Origin: Bacilli bacterium | GTDB taxonomy: Bacteria > Bacillota_I > Bacilli_A > RFN20 > CAG-826 | Direction of reading: 5' to 3' | Assembly: GCA_024408335.1 (NCBI GenBank) | Contig: JAKSVB010000002.1 | Coordinates: forward strand, 4,962 to 68,961 | DNA: 64,000 nt | Made by a program: the position numbers and the translations under genes | The notes under the pieces: generated by a model | Seen by the model: only the letters and a program-made list of their open reading frames with translations | Told to the model about the DNA's origin: nothing | Databases searched by the model: none | Shown here: piece after piece, positions 1 through 8,659 of the stretch | Position numbering within the stretch: position 1 is the first letter of the stretch | How the letters are laid out: every line of letters starts with the position of its first letter

Positions 1-617
1 GCCAAGATAACGACGACTCAACAAAGGGCTACATCGCAACCCTTAAGACCTATCCAGGCGCTAACCTCCAACAAAAGGTCTATAACTTCTTAGCAACCGC
101 TGGCGTTCCAAAGGCTAACCTCGATAGCATCATCGACATCATGACCGAAGGCACCAAAGGAAGCATGGAATCAAGCAAGATTGCCCAATTCGACAAAGAC
201 AACTTAGTCTTAAATGGAAACAGCACCTTTACAGGTGTTGCAACCACATCAAAATCAAACGCTAGAAACCCATTCAATGGCGGTGTCAAACTTAACTCAA
301 GCAGCAAGTCAATCGACTTCACTGTCAACCCAACAGCTGCAGGTTCCGCCAGCGTGTATCTCACCTTCGTCTCAACTCAAACAAGCATGACCTTAAAGAA
401 CAAATTCAAAGTCATGCTCGACACGACCGAAGTTACAGGCGTTGCATCTAATAACTTCACAACAAGTGACTTAGGCTTTGCAACTTCCCCAAGAAACGAC
501 TACTACACAACCTGCAAACTCGCAGACTTAACCGTCGGAGCAGGAAGCCACACCATCAAGATCTCCATCAAGGATTCAACCGAGATCAGTGTTGCAGCAG
601 TTGCTTTCTATAAGTAA
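1..617 (+). CDS. C-terminal fragment of a secreted/surface protein (open from the window edge; frame is codon-phased from position 3), Thr/Ser-rich, beta-rich, product unknown
   Basis: The frame is open from position 3 with no stop until TAA at 615-617, so the ORF-track Met at 141 is internal. The composition looks like an extracellular domain. A strong terminator follows. Confidence 0.5.
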   Translation, partial: QDNDDSTKGYIATLKTYPGANLQQKVYNFLATAGVPKANLDSIIDIMTEGTKGSMESSKIAQFDKDNLVLNGNSTFTGVATTSKSNARNPFNGGVKLNSSSKSIDFTVNPTAAGSASVYLTFVSTQTSMTLKNKFKVMLDTTEVTGVASNNFTTSDLGFATSPRNDYYTTCKLADLTVGAGSHTIKISIKDSTEISVAAVAFYK

Positions 618-635
618 ACAATCATCTAAAGATGG

Positions 636-668
636 CCAGGAAGAATTCTTCCTGGTTTTTCTTTTTAA
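636..668 (+). terminator. Rho-independent terminator
   Basis: Perfect palindrome ccaggaag-aatt-cttcctgg followed by the tract tttttcttttt. Confidence 0.7.
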
Positions 669-697
669 GTTCTTCTTAAAAAGATAAAATAGAAGCG

Positions 698-1537
698 ATG
701 GTTAACGGAATTGTTTTAATTGATAAAGAAAGAGGCTACACATCTAGAAAAGTAGATAATGTGCTCGGAAAAAGATTCCTCACGCATTCCGTGGGTCATT
801 TAGGCACCCTCGATCCTTTTGCTACAGGGCTATTAATCGTCGCAATTGGCAAAGGAACTAAGCTTCTCCCATATATCGAAGATGGCGATAAAACATATGA
901 AGCCACTTTGGTGCTAGGAAAAAAGACCTCAACTGGAGATCCAGAAGGGGAAGTCATAGAAGAAAAAGAAATCCCAGAAATCACAAAAGAAAAACTTGAT
1001 GAAGTCCTTGCTTCCTTTTTAGGCGAAAGCGAACAAGTCCCTCCAATGTATAGCGCGATCAAAATCAATGGGGTCCCAATGTATAAGGCCGCTAGAAAAG
1101 GGGAAGTCGTTGAGCTTAAGCCTCGTAAGATAACGGTCCACGAGATTTCTGGAAGCATCGAAGGAAATGAGATTAGATTCGTTGCTAAAGTCTCAAAAGG
1201 AACATATATCAGGGTTCTTGGAGAAGATATCGCTAGTAAATTAGGAACTGTTGGTTTTCTTTCTTCTCTAAGAAGAACATCAATCGGGGATATTGATGTG
1301 AAAGACGCAAAGCATATCGATGACGTCCTTGATGAAGATATCGTAGAAGGAACGTCATTCATTAATCTTCCTAAGCTTTCTTTAAACGAAACAGCGAAGG
1401 CTAAAGCCATGAACGGCGTTAAGCTTCACTTAAACACCAAACACGACAAAGTGCTTCTCGTCTATGAGAATAGCCTTGTTGCAGTTTACGTAAGAAAAGA
1501 AGAGAACGTCTTCGTTTCTGAAAGGGGGCTCTTCTAA
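698..1537 (+). CDS. truB: tRNA pseudouridine(55) synthase TruB
   Basis: Motif GYTSRKVDNVLGKRFLTHSVGHLGTLDPFATGLLIVAIGKGTKL is typical of TruB; the 279-aa length fits; gene order truB-ribF is conserved. Confidence 0.9.
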   Translation: MVNGIVLIDKERGYTSRKVDNVLGKRFLTHSVGHLGTLDPFATGLLIVAIGKGTKLLPYIEDGDKTYEATLVLGKKTSTGDPEGEVIEEKEIPEITKEKLDEVLASFLGESEQVPPMYSAIKINGVPMYKAARKGEVVELKPRKITVHEISGSIEGNEIRFVAKVSKGTYIRVLGEDIASKLGTVGFLSSLRRTSIGDIDVKDAKHIDDVLDEDIVEGTSFINLPKLSLNETAKAKAMNGVKLHLNTKHDKVLLVYENSLVAVYVRKEENVFVSERGLF

Positions 1538-2418
1538 TGAAGAAATACAATATTTCGATAGATGAAGAATTCCTTCCTTTTGGAGGGACGCTGATTCTAG
1601 GCGCTTTCGATGGAGTGCATTTAGGACATGCGTCACTTGTTAAAAAAGCCTTAGAACTAGTTGATGAAGTAGGGGTGCTTCTTTTTGAAAGAAACCCTCG
1701 TGATGTTTTTGAGCCTAGCGTTAAGCATTACGAACTCACCCCACTAAACAAAAAAATCGAACGTTTCGAAGAATTAGGAGTGAAGCACTTCTTCGTCGTC
1801 GATAACGATCTCTCTTTCTTTAACCACACGAAAGATGAGTTCATCGGATTCCTCAAAAAACTCTCGCCAACTCATATCGTTGTCGGAGAGGACTACACAT
1901 TTGGCAAAGGCAAAGAAGGAAAAGTAGAAGATCTTAAGAAAGATTTCGATGTAATGGTTTGCCCTTTGCTCGAGATAAACGAAAAGAAAGTAAGCTCCAG
2001 AGATATTTATAAGGACATTCTCGAAGGGAAAGTAGAAGAGGCTATGACTCTCTTAGGCAAGCCTTATTCTCTTAAAGGCAAAGTCATTAAGGGCTTAGGT
2101 AATGGCAGAACCATATCTTTCCCAACCGCAAACTTAGAGCTAGATGAAGATTACCTTCTCCCTAAAAGTGGCGTTTACAAAACAAGAGTCCATATTAATA
2201 ATATGGAATATCTAGGGATCACCAATGTTGGTAAGAATCCGACAGTAGGAGCCCTAGATAAAAGAATCGTCGAAACATATATCGGAGGCTTAAACGAAGA
2301 CCTATACGATAAAGAGATCGAAGTAGGATTCCTTAAGTATCTTAGGAACGAGAGGAAATTCGATTCGTTAGAAGACCTAAAAGCCCAACTCGAAATAGAT
2401 AAAAGAAACATTGAATGA
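1537..2418 (+). CDS. ribF: Bifunctional riboflavin kinase / FMN adenylyltransferase
   Basis: N-terminal GAFDGVHLGHASLV nucleotidyltransferase motif and a C-terminal riboflavin kinase domain; starts on the TAATG overlap with the truB stop. Confidence 0.85.
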   Translation: MKKYNISIDEEFLPFGGTLILGAFDGVHLGHASLVKKALELVDEVGVLLFERNPRDVFEPSVKHYELTPLNKKIERFEELGVKHFFVVDNDLSFFNHTKDEFIGFLKKLSPTHIVVGEDYTFGKGKEGKVEDLKKDFDVMVCPLLEINEKKVSSRDIYKDILEGKVEEAMTLLGKPYSLKGKVIKGLGNGRTISFPTANLELDEDYLLPKSGVYKTRVHINNMEYLGITNVGKNPTVGALDKRIVETYIGGLNEDLYDKEIEVGFLKYLRNERKFDSLEDLKAQLEIDKRNIE

Positions 2419-2431
2419 AAGGAGTTAGCCT

Positions 2432-3106
2432 ATGTACGCATTCATCACACCTATGCCTTTAGAGGAAGAAGCCCTCTTAAAAGGCGTCACCATCAAAGAA
2501 AGAACCAAGTTCGCCCTTGGAGAATTCGTCGAAGCCTCATATGAAGGAGTCGATTTCCTTGTTGTCCTTTGTGGCATTGGCAAAGTCTTTAGCGCATCAA
2601 TGGCTCAAGCGACAATCGACAAGTTCCCTGGCATCGAAGGCCTAATCGTTGCAGGTGTTGCTGGCTCTCTTGATATCAAGGCCGCTCCACTTCATAGTAT
2701 CGTCATCGCTTCAAAGCTTGCTCAACATGACTTCGATACAACCGCCATCGGAGAACCTATGGGACTTCTCCCTCGCATTGGCAAAGTCTACCTTGAGACA
2801 TATAACACCATTAACACCAAACTCATGAAGGCCGCTCCAAAAGCAAGCTATGGCGTCATGGTTTCTGGTGACCTCTTTGTTTCGGAAAAGAACAAAAAAG
2901 CCTTAATCCAAGAAACATTCAAACCATACTGCGTCGATATGGAAAGCGCAGCAGTGGCCCAAGTTTGCTACGCTAACCGCGTTCCTTTTGCAGCGATTCG
3001 CGCAATTAGCGACGCTGAAAACCATAGCGATGAATATGAGGCAAATGCAGAGATCGCTGCTGATATCGTTGGCGAAGTCATTAGGGAATTCTTACTTGTT
3101 AAATAA
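2432..3106 (+). CDS. mtnN: 5'-methylthioadenosine/S-adenosylhomocysteine nucleosidase
   Basis: Motifs CGIGKV, VAGVAGSL and DMESAAVAQVC are characteristic of the Pfs/MtnN family; the 224-aa length fits. Confidence 0.85.
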   Translation: MYAFITPMPLEEEALLKGVTIKERTKFALGEFVEASYEGVDFLVVLCGIGKVFSASMAQATIDKFPGIEGLIVAGVAGSLDIKAAPLHSIVIASKLAQHDFDTTAIGEPMGLLPRIGKVYLETYNTINTKLMKAAPKASYGVMVSGDLFVSEKNKKALIQETFKPYCVDMESAAVAQVCYANRVPFAAIRAISDAENHSDEYEANAEIAADIVGEVIREFLLVK

Positions 3107-3108
3107 TT

Positions 3109-3768
3109 ATGAAACCATTCCTTAGAAATTTGATTCTTGGCATCCTTGCTGGTGTCGCTATATCTCTTGGAGCGGCCGCTAATGTCGCTGCTAGACTCTT
3201 CATCACCGATCTAGCTTTAGCTAGAGTCATCGGTGCTTTCCTTTTCCCTGTGGGACTTATCACCGTTTGTTCATTCGGCCTAAATCTCTATACTGGCAAG
3301 ATCGGTTATCTTTTAGATAACACAAACAAAGATTACGCCTTATCTCTTCTTGCTATGTTCTTAGGTAACTTCATTGGCGCAGTCTTTATGGGACTTGTAT
3401 TCATGCCAATCGAAGGCTTTGGCAATGACGCAGGGGTCTTCGTTAGTGGCGTCTCTTCATTCTTAGATGCAGGTGTCGCCCTTGCTAAAGGCTTTGTATG
3501 TGGCCTCTTAGTCTTTATCGCCGTCGACATTTTCAAAAAGAAAGGCGGAGTCAGCGGAACACTTGGCCTATGGCTAGCAACCGCATCTTTTGTCTTTATC
3601 GGCGCATCTCACTGTATCGCCAACATGTTCTACATGAGCCTTTCGTTCACGTGGGCTCCAGCATTTCTTCTTAATCTCCTTCTTGTCATTATCGGTAACT
3701 CAGCCGGTTCGCTTTTCTTTAGGCTTTTAATGAAACTCACCGAAAAGAAAGAAGAAGTCAAAGAATAA
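3109..3768 (+). CDS. Short formate/nitrite transporter (FNT) family membrane protein
   Basis: Polytopic membrane protein. NLYTGK, FVCGLLVFIAV and SHCIANMFY resemble the FNT signature regions (compare FocA EHSIANMF). At 219 aa it is shorter than canonical FNT proteins. Confidence 0.55.
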   Translation: MKPFLRNLILGILAGVAISLGAAANVAARLFITDLALARVIGAFLFPVGLITVCSFGLNLYTGKIGYLLDNTNKDYALSLLAMFLGNFIGAVFMGLVFMPIEGFGNDAGVFVSGVSSFLDAGVALAKGFVCGLLVFIAVDIFKKKGGVSGTLGLWLATASFVFIGASHCIANMFYMSLSFTWAPAFLLNLLLVIIGNSAGSLFFRLLMKLTEKKEEVKE

Positions 3769-3805
3769 TTCTTAACAAAAACGAAAGGACTTGTATAATT
3801 CCCCT

Positions 3806-5080
3806 ATGCGATACTTAGAACTCTCAAAAGAAAAATTACAAAACGAACTCAACACTCTCGAAGAGGAGTGGAGCGCTTTAAGCGACTTAGGACTCGACAT
3901 GTCTAGAGGTAAGCCATGCCAAGAGCAGCTTGATATCTCAATGGGTATGATGGATGTCCTTTCTAGCGATTCCAACCTCGACTGCGAAAGCGGAATCGAT
4001 TGCCGTAACTACGGCACCCTCATGGGCATCAGCGAATGCAAGAGGCTCTTAGGTGACATCATCGAAGTCCCTGCATCGAATATCATCATCTATGGCAACT
4101 CATCGCTTAACATCATGTATGACTGCATCGCTAGAAGTATGACTCATGGCGTCATGGGAAGCACTCCATGGTGCAAGCTTCCTAAAATCAAGTGGCTTTG
4201 CCCAGTTCCAGGATACGATAGACACTTCGCCATCACCGAATATTTTGGTATCGAGATGATTAACATCCCAATGGATGAGAATGGCCCAGACATGGACATG
4301 ATCGAAGATCTCGTTTCCAAAGACGAATACATCAAAGGCATTTGGTGCGTTCCAAAGTATTCGAACCCAAGCGGCGTCACCTATAGCGACGAAGTCGTTA
4401 GAAGATTCGCTTCCTTAAAACCAAAAGCCAAAGATTTCAGAATCTACTGGGATAACGCTTATAGCGTCCATCACCTCGATATGAATAACGAAGACTTCCT
4501 TCTTGAGATACTTGATGAATGCAAGAAGGCTGGAAATCCAGACATGGTCTACAAATTCACAAGCACCTCAAAGATCTCCTTCCCAGGAAGTGGTATCGCT
4601 GCAATCGCAACTAGCGAGAATAACATCGCCGACATCCAAAAGCAGTTTGGCGTTCAAACAATCGGTCACGATAAAGTCAATCAGCTTAGACACGTCCGTT
4701 ACTTCAAGAACCTTAACGGCGTCATGGAACACATGAAGAAACACGCGATGATCCTCGCTCCAAAATTCGAACTCGTCGAATCGATTCTTACCAAAGAGCT
4801 TGGAGAACTTGGCGTGTCCTCATGGACCAAGCCTCATGGAGGATACTTCATATCTTTCACAGGAATGGATGGCACTGCAAAAGCCATCGTCTCTAGATGC
4901 AAAAGCGTAGGCCTCATCTTAACTCCAGCCGGAAGCTCCTTCCCATATCACACCGATCCTAAAGACAACAACATCCGTATCGCTCCTTCATACCCTACCT
5001 TAAAGGAACTCAAAAAAGCCACAAGAGTTTTCGCTCTTGCGGTTAAGATCGAATCCCTTAAGAAACTCTTAGAGAAATAA
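3806..5080 (+). CDS. PLP-dependent aminotransferase-like protein (PF12897-like putative aminotransferase)
   Basis: Overall resemblance to the stand-alone Asp-aminotransferase-like family of Firmicutes/Bacteroidetes. The track start at 3791 is a TTG with zero spacing from the RBS gaaagga; ATG at 3806 is chosen instead, and the exact start remains uncertain. Confidence 0.5.
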   Translation: MRYLELSKEKLQNELNTLEEEWSALSDLGLDMSRGKPCQEQLDISMGMMDVLSSDSNLDCESGIDCRNYGTLMGISECKRLLGDIIEVPASNIIIYGNSSLNIMYDCIARSMTHGVMGSTPWCKLPKIKWLCPVPGYDRHFAITEYFGIEMINIPMDENGPDMDMIEDLVSKDEYIKGIWCVPKYSNPSGVTYSDEVVRRFASLKPKAKDFRIYWDNAYSVHHLDMNNEDFLLEILDECKKAGNPDMVYKFTSTSKISFPGSGIAAIATSENNIADIQKQFGVQTIGHDKVNQLRHVRYFKNLNGVMEHMKKHAMILAPKFELVESILTKELGELGVSSWTKPHGGYFISFTGMDGTAKAIVSRCKSVGLILTPAGSSFPYHTDPKDNNIRIAPSYPTLKELKKATRVFALAVKIESLKKLLEK

Positions 5081-5280
5081 TGAAGCCACTGCTAGGCCAA
5101 TTTCGACTACATAGATCTCTATTTACCAAAGCAGGGGAATAGCAATCATTAATCACTTCTCATCACTGATGGGAAGTTTTTAATTTCAGGGAAAAAAGTA
5201 CACTCGGTAGTATTTCCTTTTCTTCGCTCTTTCTTTAAAATAAAGAAAAGGTCTATTCATAGACGAGTAGAGGTGAGCTT

Positions 5281-6042
5281 ATGGATTATAAAAAAGTAAT
5301 CGCTCTCGTAAAAAGAAGCAGAGAAATAGTTAAGAATCCCGACGCTAAAAAAGATGTTCATATGAAAGGCGAGGCTGACTTTGTTACAGCCGTCGATACT
5401 GGCATCAGCAAATATCTTAGGGAAGAGCTTCATAAGCTTTATCCTGATATTGGCTTCTTCTCTGAAGAAGAAAACGGACAGTTATCCGATCCTTGCTGGA
5501 TTCTTGATCCGATTGATGGTACCACAAACCTTGTCTATGGATATGAAATGAGTAGCATCTCTCTTGGATTATACCGAGATGGCAAGATCGTATTCGGTAT
5601 TGTATATAACCCATTCTCAAGAAGAACATATGTAGCCCGTTTAGGAAAAGGCGCATTCCTTAATGACAAGCCGATTCATGTATCAGATAGACCATTAAGC
5701 GAATCGATCATTGAATTCGGTGCTGGTTCAACTAGAAAAGAAGAAGCCGCTACAAGCTTTGCAATCGCTAAAGACATATTCATGAAATGCGTCGATATTC
5801 GTCGTATCTGCTCAAGCGCTTTGGATCTTTGCTTCATCGCGGACGGTAGAATCGATGGCTACTTCGAAAAGAAGCTTAAGCCTTGGGACCTTGCAGCAGG
5901 TTCATTAATCCTCCAAGAAGCAGGAGGAAAGATTACCGACTATGACGGCAATCCAATCGACTTCTCAAAACCTACTTCATGCATAGCTAGCAATGGAATC
6001 ATCCATGATTCGATTCTAGAGACGATCAAAAAACATAACTAA
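5281..6042 (+). CDS. suhB: Inositol monophosphatase family protein
   Basis: WILDPIDGTTNLVYGY and WDLAAG motifs of the IMPase family; RBS gaggtgag upstream. Confidence 0.85.
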   Translation: MDYKKVIALVKRSREIVKNPDAKKDVHMKGEADFVTAVDTGISKYLREELHKLYPDIGFFSEEENGQLSDPCWILDPIDGTTNLVYGYEMSSISLGLYRDGKIVFGIVYNPFSRRTYVARLGKGAFLNDKPIHVSDRPLSESIIEFGAGSTRKEEAATSFAIAKDIFMKCVDIRRICSSALDLCFIADGRIDGYFEKKLKPWDLAAGSLILQEAGGKITDYDGNPIDFSKPTSCIASNGIIHDSILETIKKHN

Positions 6043-6079
6043 TTAAAAAACAAATAAACAATATCAGAGGGCAGATATT

Positions 6080-6994
6080 ATGAAAAAACTTTCTCTTTTT
6101 AAAGATCCAATGGACGAATCTCTCGTTAGAGAGGGTGATAACGGCAAAGCCGCGACAAACGATTTCAAACCTTTTATTGCAATCGTCACTCTGATCACAA
6201 GTGCGGTCGCAATCATCAAATCGGTTATCGTAATTCCTGGATTAAGTGAAGATATGCAATCACTCGTACAAGCAGGTGCTGCGGTTCTTCTTTCTTTTGG
6301 CTCCTCCTTCTTAATCAAATATCTCATCACCTTGGTGTCCAATAGCCGTAGAAACAAATGGATCAAGAGCAAGAAAAAAGTATGGGTCAAAGGCGTTTGG
6401 TTCCACACTCATGTCAAAGAAAACGGCGCTATCCGCGTGGGATACGTCATCATCAATCAATACTTCGATCTCGTTAAGGCAGAAGGCCACAACGTTAGCC
6501 TTGGAGAAGATCCTAATAAAAAGGATTGGAAATATCTTACAGGAAAGGTTAAATCAGAATCTGGCGAAATCGTCTGTGTTTTCTCGAGTAAAAGAGACAA
6601 TCGCATCGAAAACATTGGAACGCACATCTTCAATGTAGTAGAAGACACTGAAGGCTTTCCACTAGAGTTAAATGGCAAATTTAACGATACAATTAACAAA
6701 GATTTTAAAGACTCACTAAAAGGATCAATAGGAAGCAAGAAAGAACTCTACGCAAAACTTGGAGAGCATTATGGAACAGTCTTCCTTTTTAGACCGTCAA
6801 GTGAAATCCTTGAAAGTTTAACCGAGAAAGGCAAAAAGGCTCCATCTCTCGATCTCATTAGAAAATACGCACTTGATATCAAAAAGGCATACGAAAAAAA
6901 TTCAAATCTCGATTCTGAAGGATACGATGCTTTTGGTAAAGGCATCATTAACGCCCTTAAGAAATCAGATGAGAAGAAAAGACTATTAAAGTAG
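6080..6994 (+). CDS. Hypothetical membrane-anchored protein (2 predicted TM helices followed by a ~220-aa Lys-rich soluble domain)
   Basis: Own RBS gagggcag; hydrophobic segments FIAIVTLITSAVAIIKSVIVIPGL and AAVLLSFGSSFLIKYLITLV. No recognisable motif. Confidence 0.5.
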   Translation: MKKLSLFKDPMDESLVREGDNGKAATNDFKPFIAIVTLITSAVAIIKSVIVIPGLSEDMQSLVQAGAAVLLSFGSSFLIKYLITLVSNSRRNKWIKSKKKVWVKGVWFHTHVKENGAIRVGYVIINQYFDLVKAEGHNVSLGEDPNKKDWKYLTGKVKSESGEIVCVFSSKRDNRIENIGTHIFNVVEDTEGFPLELNGKFNDTINKDFKDSLKGSIGSKKELYAKLGEHYGTVFLFRPSSEILESLTEKGKKAPSLDLIRKYALDIKKAYEKNSNLDSEGYDAFGKGIINALKKSDEKKRLLK

Positions 6995-7043
6995 CCTTTA
7001 TCACCCCAAAGACCGAGATATCGCCTTAAACCGTTTGGAATCG

Positions 7044-7721
7044 TTATCTTTTCAAAGATTTTAGATATTCTTTTTGAGAAGGAGTGATTCGATATGATTC
7101 TCTGGCTTTTTGGATGGTTTTGTTATGCGTCCAAACATCTAGAACGTTATTCTCAATGATCTTTATCGCACTTTCCCATTTCTTCGCTAAAGCGGTCGCA
7201 AAGAACCAAGCGATCATCATATTGACGTAATATTCCTTACTACGAATGGATGAAACGATATCTAGATACTCAGGTTTGAAGTCTTTGTCGAGATAGAATG
7301 ACATAAGCATCTCAATCGCAAACCTGCATCTATACGTTTCTTTGCTTTTCACCCATTTTTTGATGAAAGGCAGGAATTCTTCTTTATGCTTACCAAATAC
7401 TTTAGGGGAAGTGATGTCACAAACGGCCCAATTATCGATGTAAGGGAGAAAAGCGTCTATTTCCCTAACACACGCGTCAAAGTTCCTAATTTGGCTTAAT
7501 AAGAGCCCATGAAGCATATTCTCATCATAATACGTATGAGGAAGATCATGGATGAAGTCATTTGCCTCTTTGCTTCCAGTTAGCTCCTTGGCAAGGTTCC
7601 TAACAAGAGGGACCCTAACTCCGATTATTGTATCTTTTGATGCAGTAGGGGTTAGTTTTGCCTGAAACTCGGCGTATTTCTCATCACGAAGGTCAAATAG
7701 TTTTTTCGTTATTGGATTCAT
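7044..7721 (-). CDS. DNA alkylation repair enzyme (AlkD/AlkC-like HEAT-repeat glycosylase family)
   Basis: 225 aa; overall resemblance to the PF08713 DNA alkylation repair family (the N-terminal K..L.....P..A......Y pattern and a Trp/Asp-rich core). Confidence 0.65.
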   Translation of the reverse strand: MNPITKKLFDLRDEKYAEFQAKLTPTASKDTIIGVRVPLVRNLAKELTGSKEANDFIHDLPHTYYDENMLHGLLLSQIRNFDACVREIDAFLPYIDNWAVCDITSPKVFGKHKEEFLPFIKKWVKSKETYRCRFAIEMLMSFYLDKDFKPEYLDIVSSIRSKEYYVNMMIAWFFATALAKKWESAIKIIENNVLDVWTHNKTIQKARESYRITPSQKEYLKSLKR

Positions 7722-7922
7722 GACTTAATTATACAAAAGTAATGACCCTAGTTTCTCGTTATTTCGATGTGTTCACCGATTTCTTTAAAAGGTTATAAGC
7801 GATAAACAAAAATGATCGCTTAATCAATTATAAGTTGGTATGGTCTAAACATATGGTCAAAGCATATGGACAAAGAATATTGTCCTAAGTATAATAACCG
7901 TAGATAAGAAAGGAGCTTGCTA

Positions 7923-8207
7923 ATGAATACTGCAACCATTAAAAGCACCATAAACATCAATAAATACTGCAAAGAACAACTAGAATATTTAGTTAAGCTC
8001 GGACAAATTAGTTCCGTAACAGAAGGCATAAATATCGCTCTCGACAGATATATCAAAGAAAAAAGAAGCGAGCTTTACGCGCTAGAAATGGAAAAAGCAA
8101 AAAGAGATCCTGAGTTTATGAATAGGACCATGGGCGTTCAAGAAGAATTCGAAAAATCCGATCTTGAAATGGAAAAGCTCATTTTAGGGGAGGACTATGA
8201 ATGGTAA
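7923..8207 (+). CDS. Antitoxin, putative ribbon-helix-helix type (EndoAI/MazE-like)
   Basis: Sits directly upstream of the MazF-like gene and overlaps it by 7 nt. The N-terminal TININKYCKEQLEYLVKLGQISSVTEGINIALDRYIKE has a beta-strand plus two helices, an RHH pattern. ATG 7923 lies 7 nt after RBS aaaggag; the track TTG at 7917 is less likely. A TATAAT box is at 7890-7895. Confidence 0.6.
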   Translation: MNTATIKSTININKYCKEQLEYLVKLGQISSVTEGINIALDRYIKEKRSELYALEMEKAKRDPEFMNRTMGVQEEFEKSDLEMEKLILGEDYEW

Positions 8208-8548
8208 AGAAATGGGATATTTGGTATTTGAGTCTTGATCCTACCGAAGGAAGCGAGCAAAAAGGAATACGTCCTGTTTTAGTGATTTCAAATAACGCCG
8301 TTAATGACAATCTTACTGTTTTTACCTGCATCCCGTTTTCTTCCGTCAAGATTGGCACAAGAATATACCCAACGGAAGTCTTCTTATCCACTTTTGAAAG
8401 CGGGCTCCCTAGAAGCAGCGTTCTCATGCTACAACAGATTAGAACCGTATCGGAAAGCCGCCTTTGCAAGAAAGTATCATCAATTACCGATGATAGAGTC
8501 AAAGAAAAGATTAACGACGCTATTAAGAGATATTTCGAACTAGATTAA
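8201..8548 (+). CDS. mazF: mRNA interferase toxin, MazF/PemK/EndoA family
   Basis: WYLSLDPTEGSEQKGIRPVLVISNNAVN matches the PemK/MazF signature (G.E..G.RP.LV[IV]S); 115 aa. Confidence 0.85.
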   Translation: MVKKWDIWYLSLDPTEGSEQKGIRPVLVISNNAVNDNLTVFTCIPFSSVKIGTRIYPTEVFLSTFESGLPRSSVLMLQQIRTVSESRLCKKVSSITDDRVKEKINDAIKRYFELD

Positions 8549-8570
8549 TCGCCATTAACAAAACAATCAA

Positions 8571-8605
8571 AGAGTAGAAAAGCGAATCTACTCTTTTGTT
8601 TTGTC
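8571..8605 (+). terminator. Rho-independent terminator of the TA operon
   Basis: Hairpin agagtag-(loop)-ctactct followed by ttttgttttg. Confidence 0.65.
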
Positions 8606-8621
8606 CTTTTCACTATTTCGA

Positions 8622-8651
8622 TAATAAAAAGGCAACATTTGATTTGTTGCC
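8622..8651 (-). terminator. Rho-independent terminator of bipA
   Basis: Hairpin ggcaaca/tgttgcc followed, on the minus strand, by a T-run (A-run 8624-8630 on plus). Confidence 0.6.
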
Positions 8652-8659
8652 TTTGTGGA

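Noticed and set aside
3791-3805. TTG start at 3791 for the aminotransferase-like gene
   Set aside because: The TTG directly abuts the only purine-rich RBS-like element with zero spacing, and it sits in what looks like a TATAAT -10 box. ATG 3806 is used, although its 16-nt spacing is also imperfect, so the start stays uncertain.
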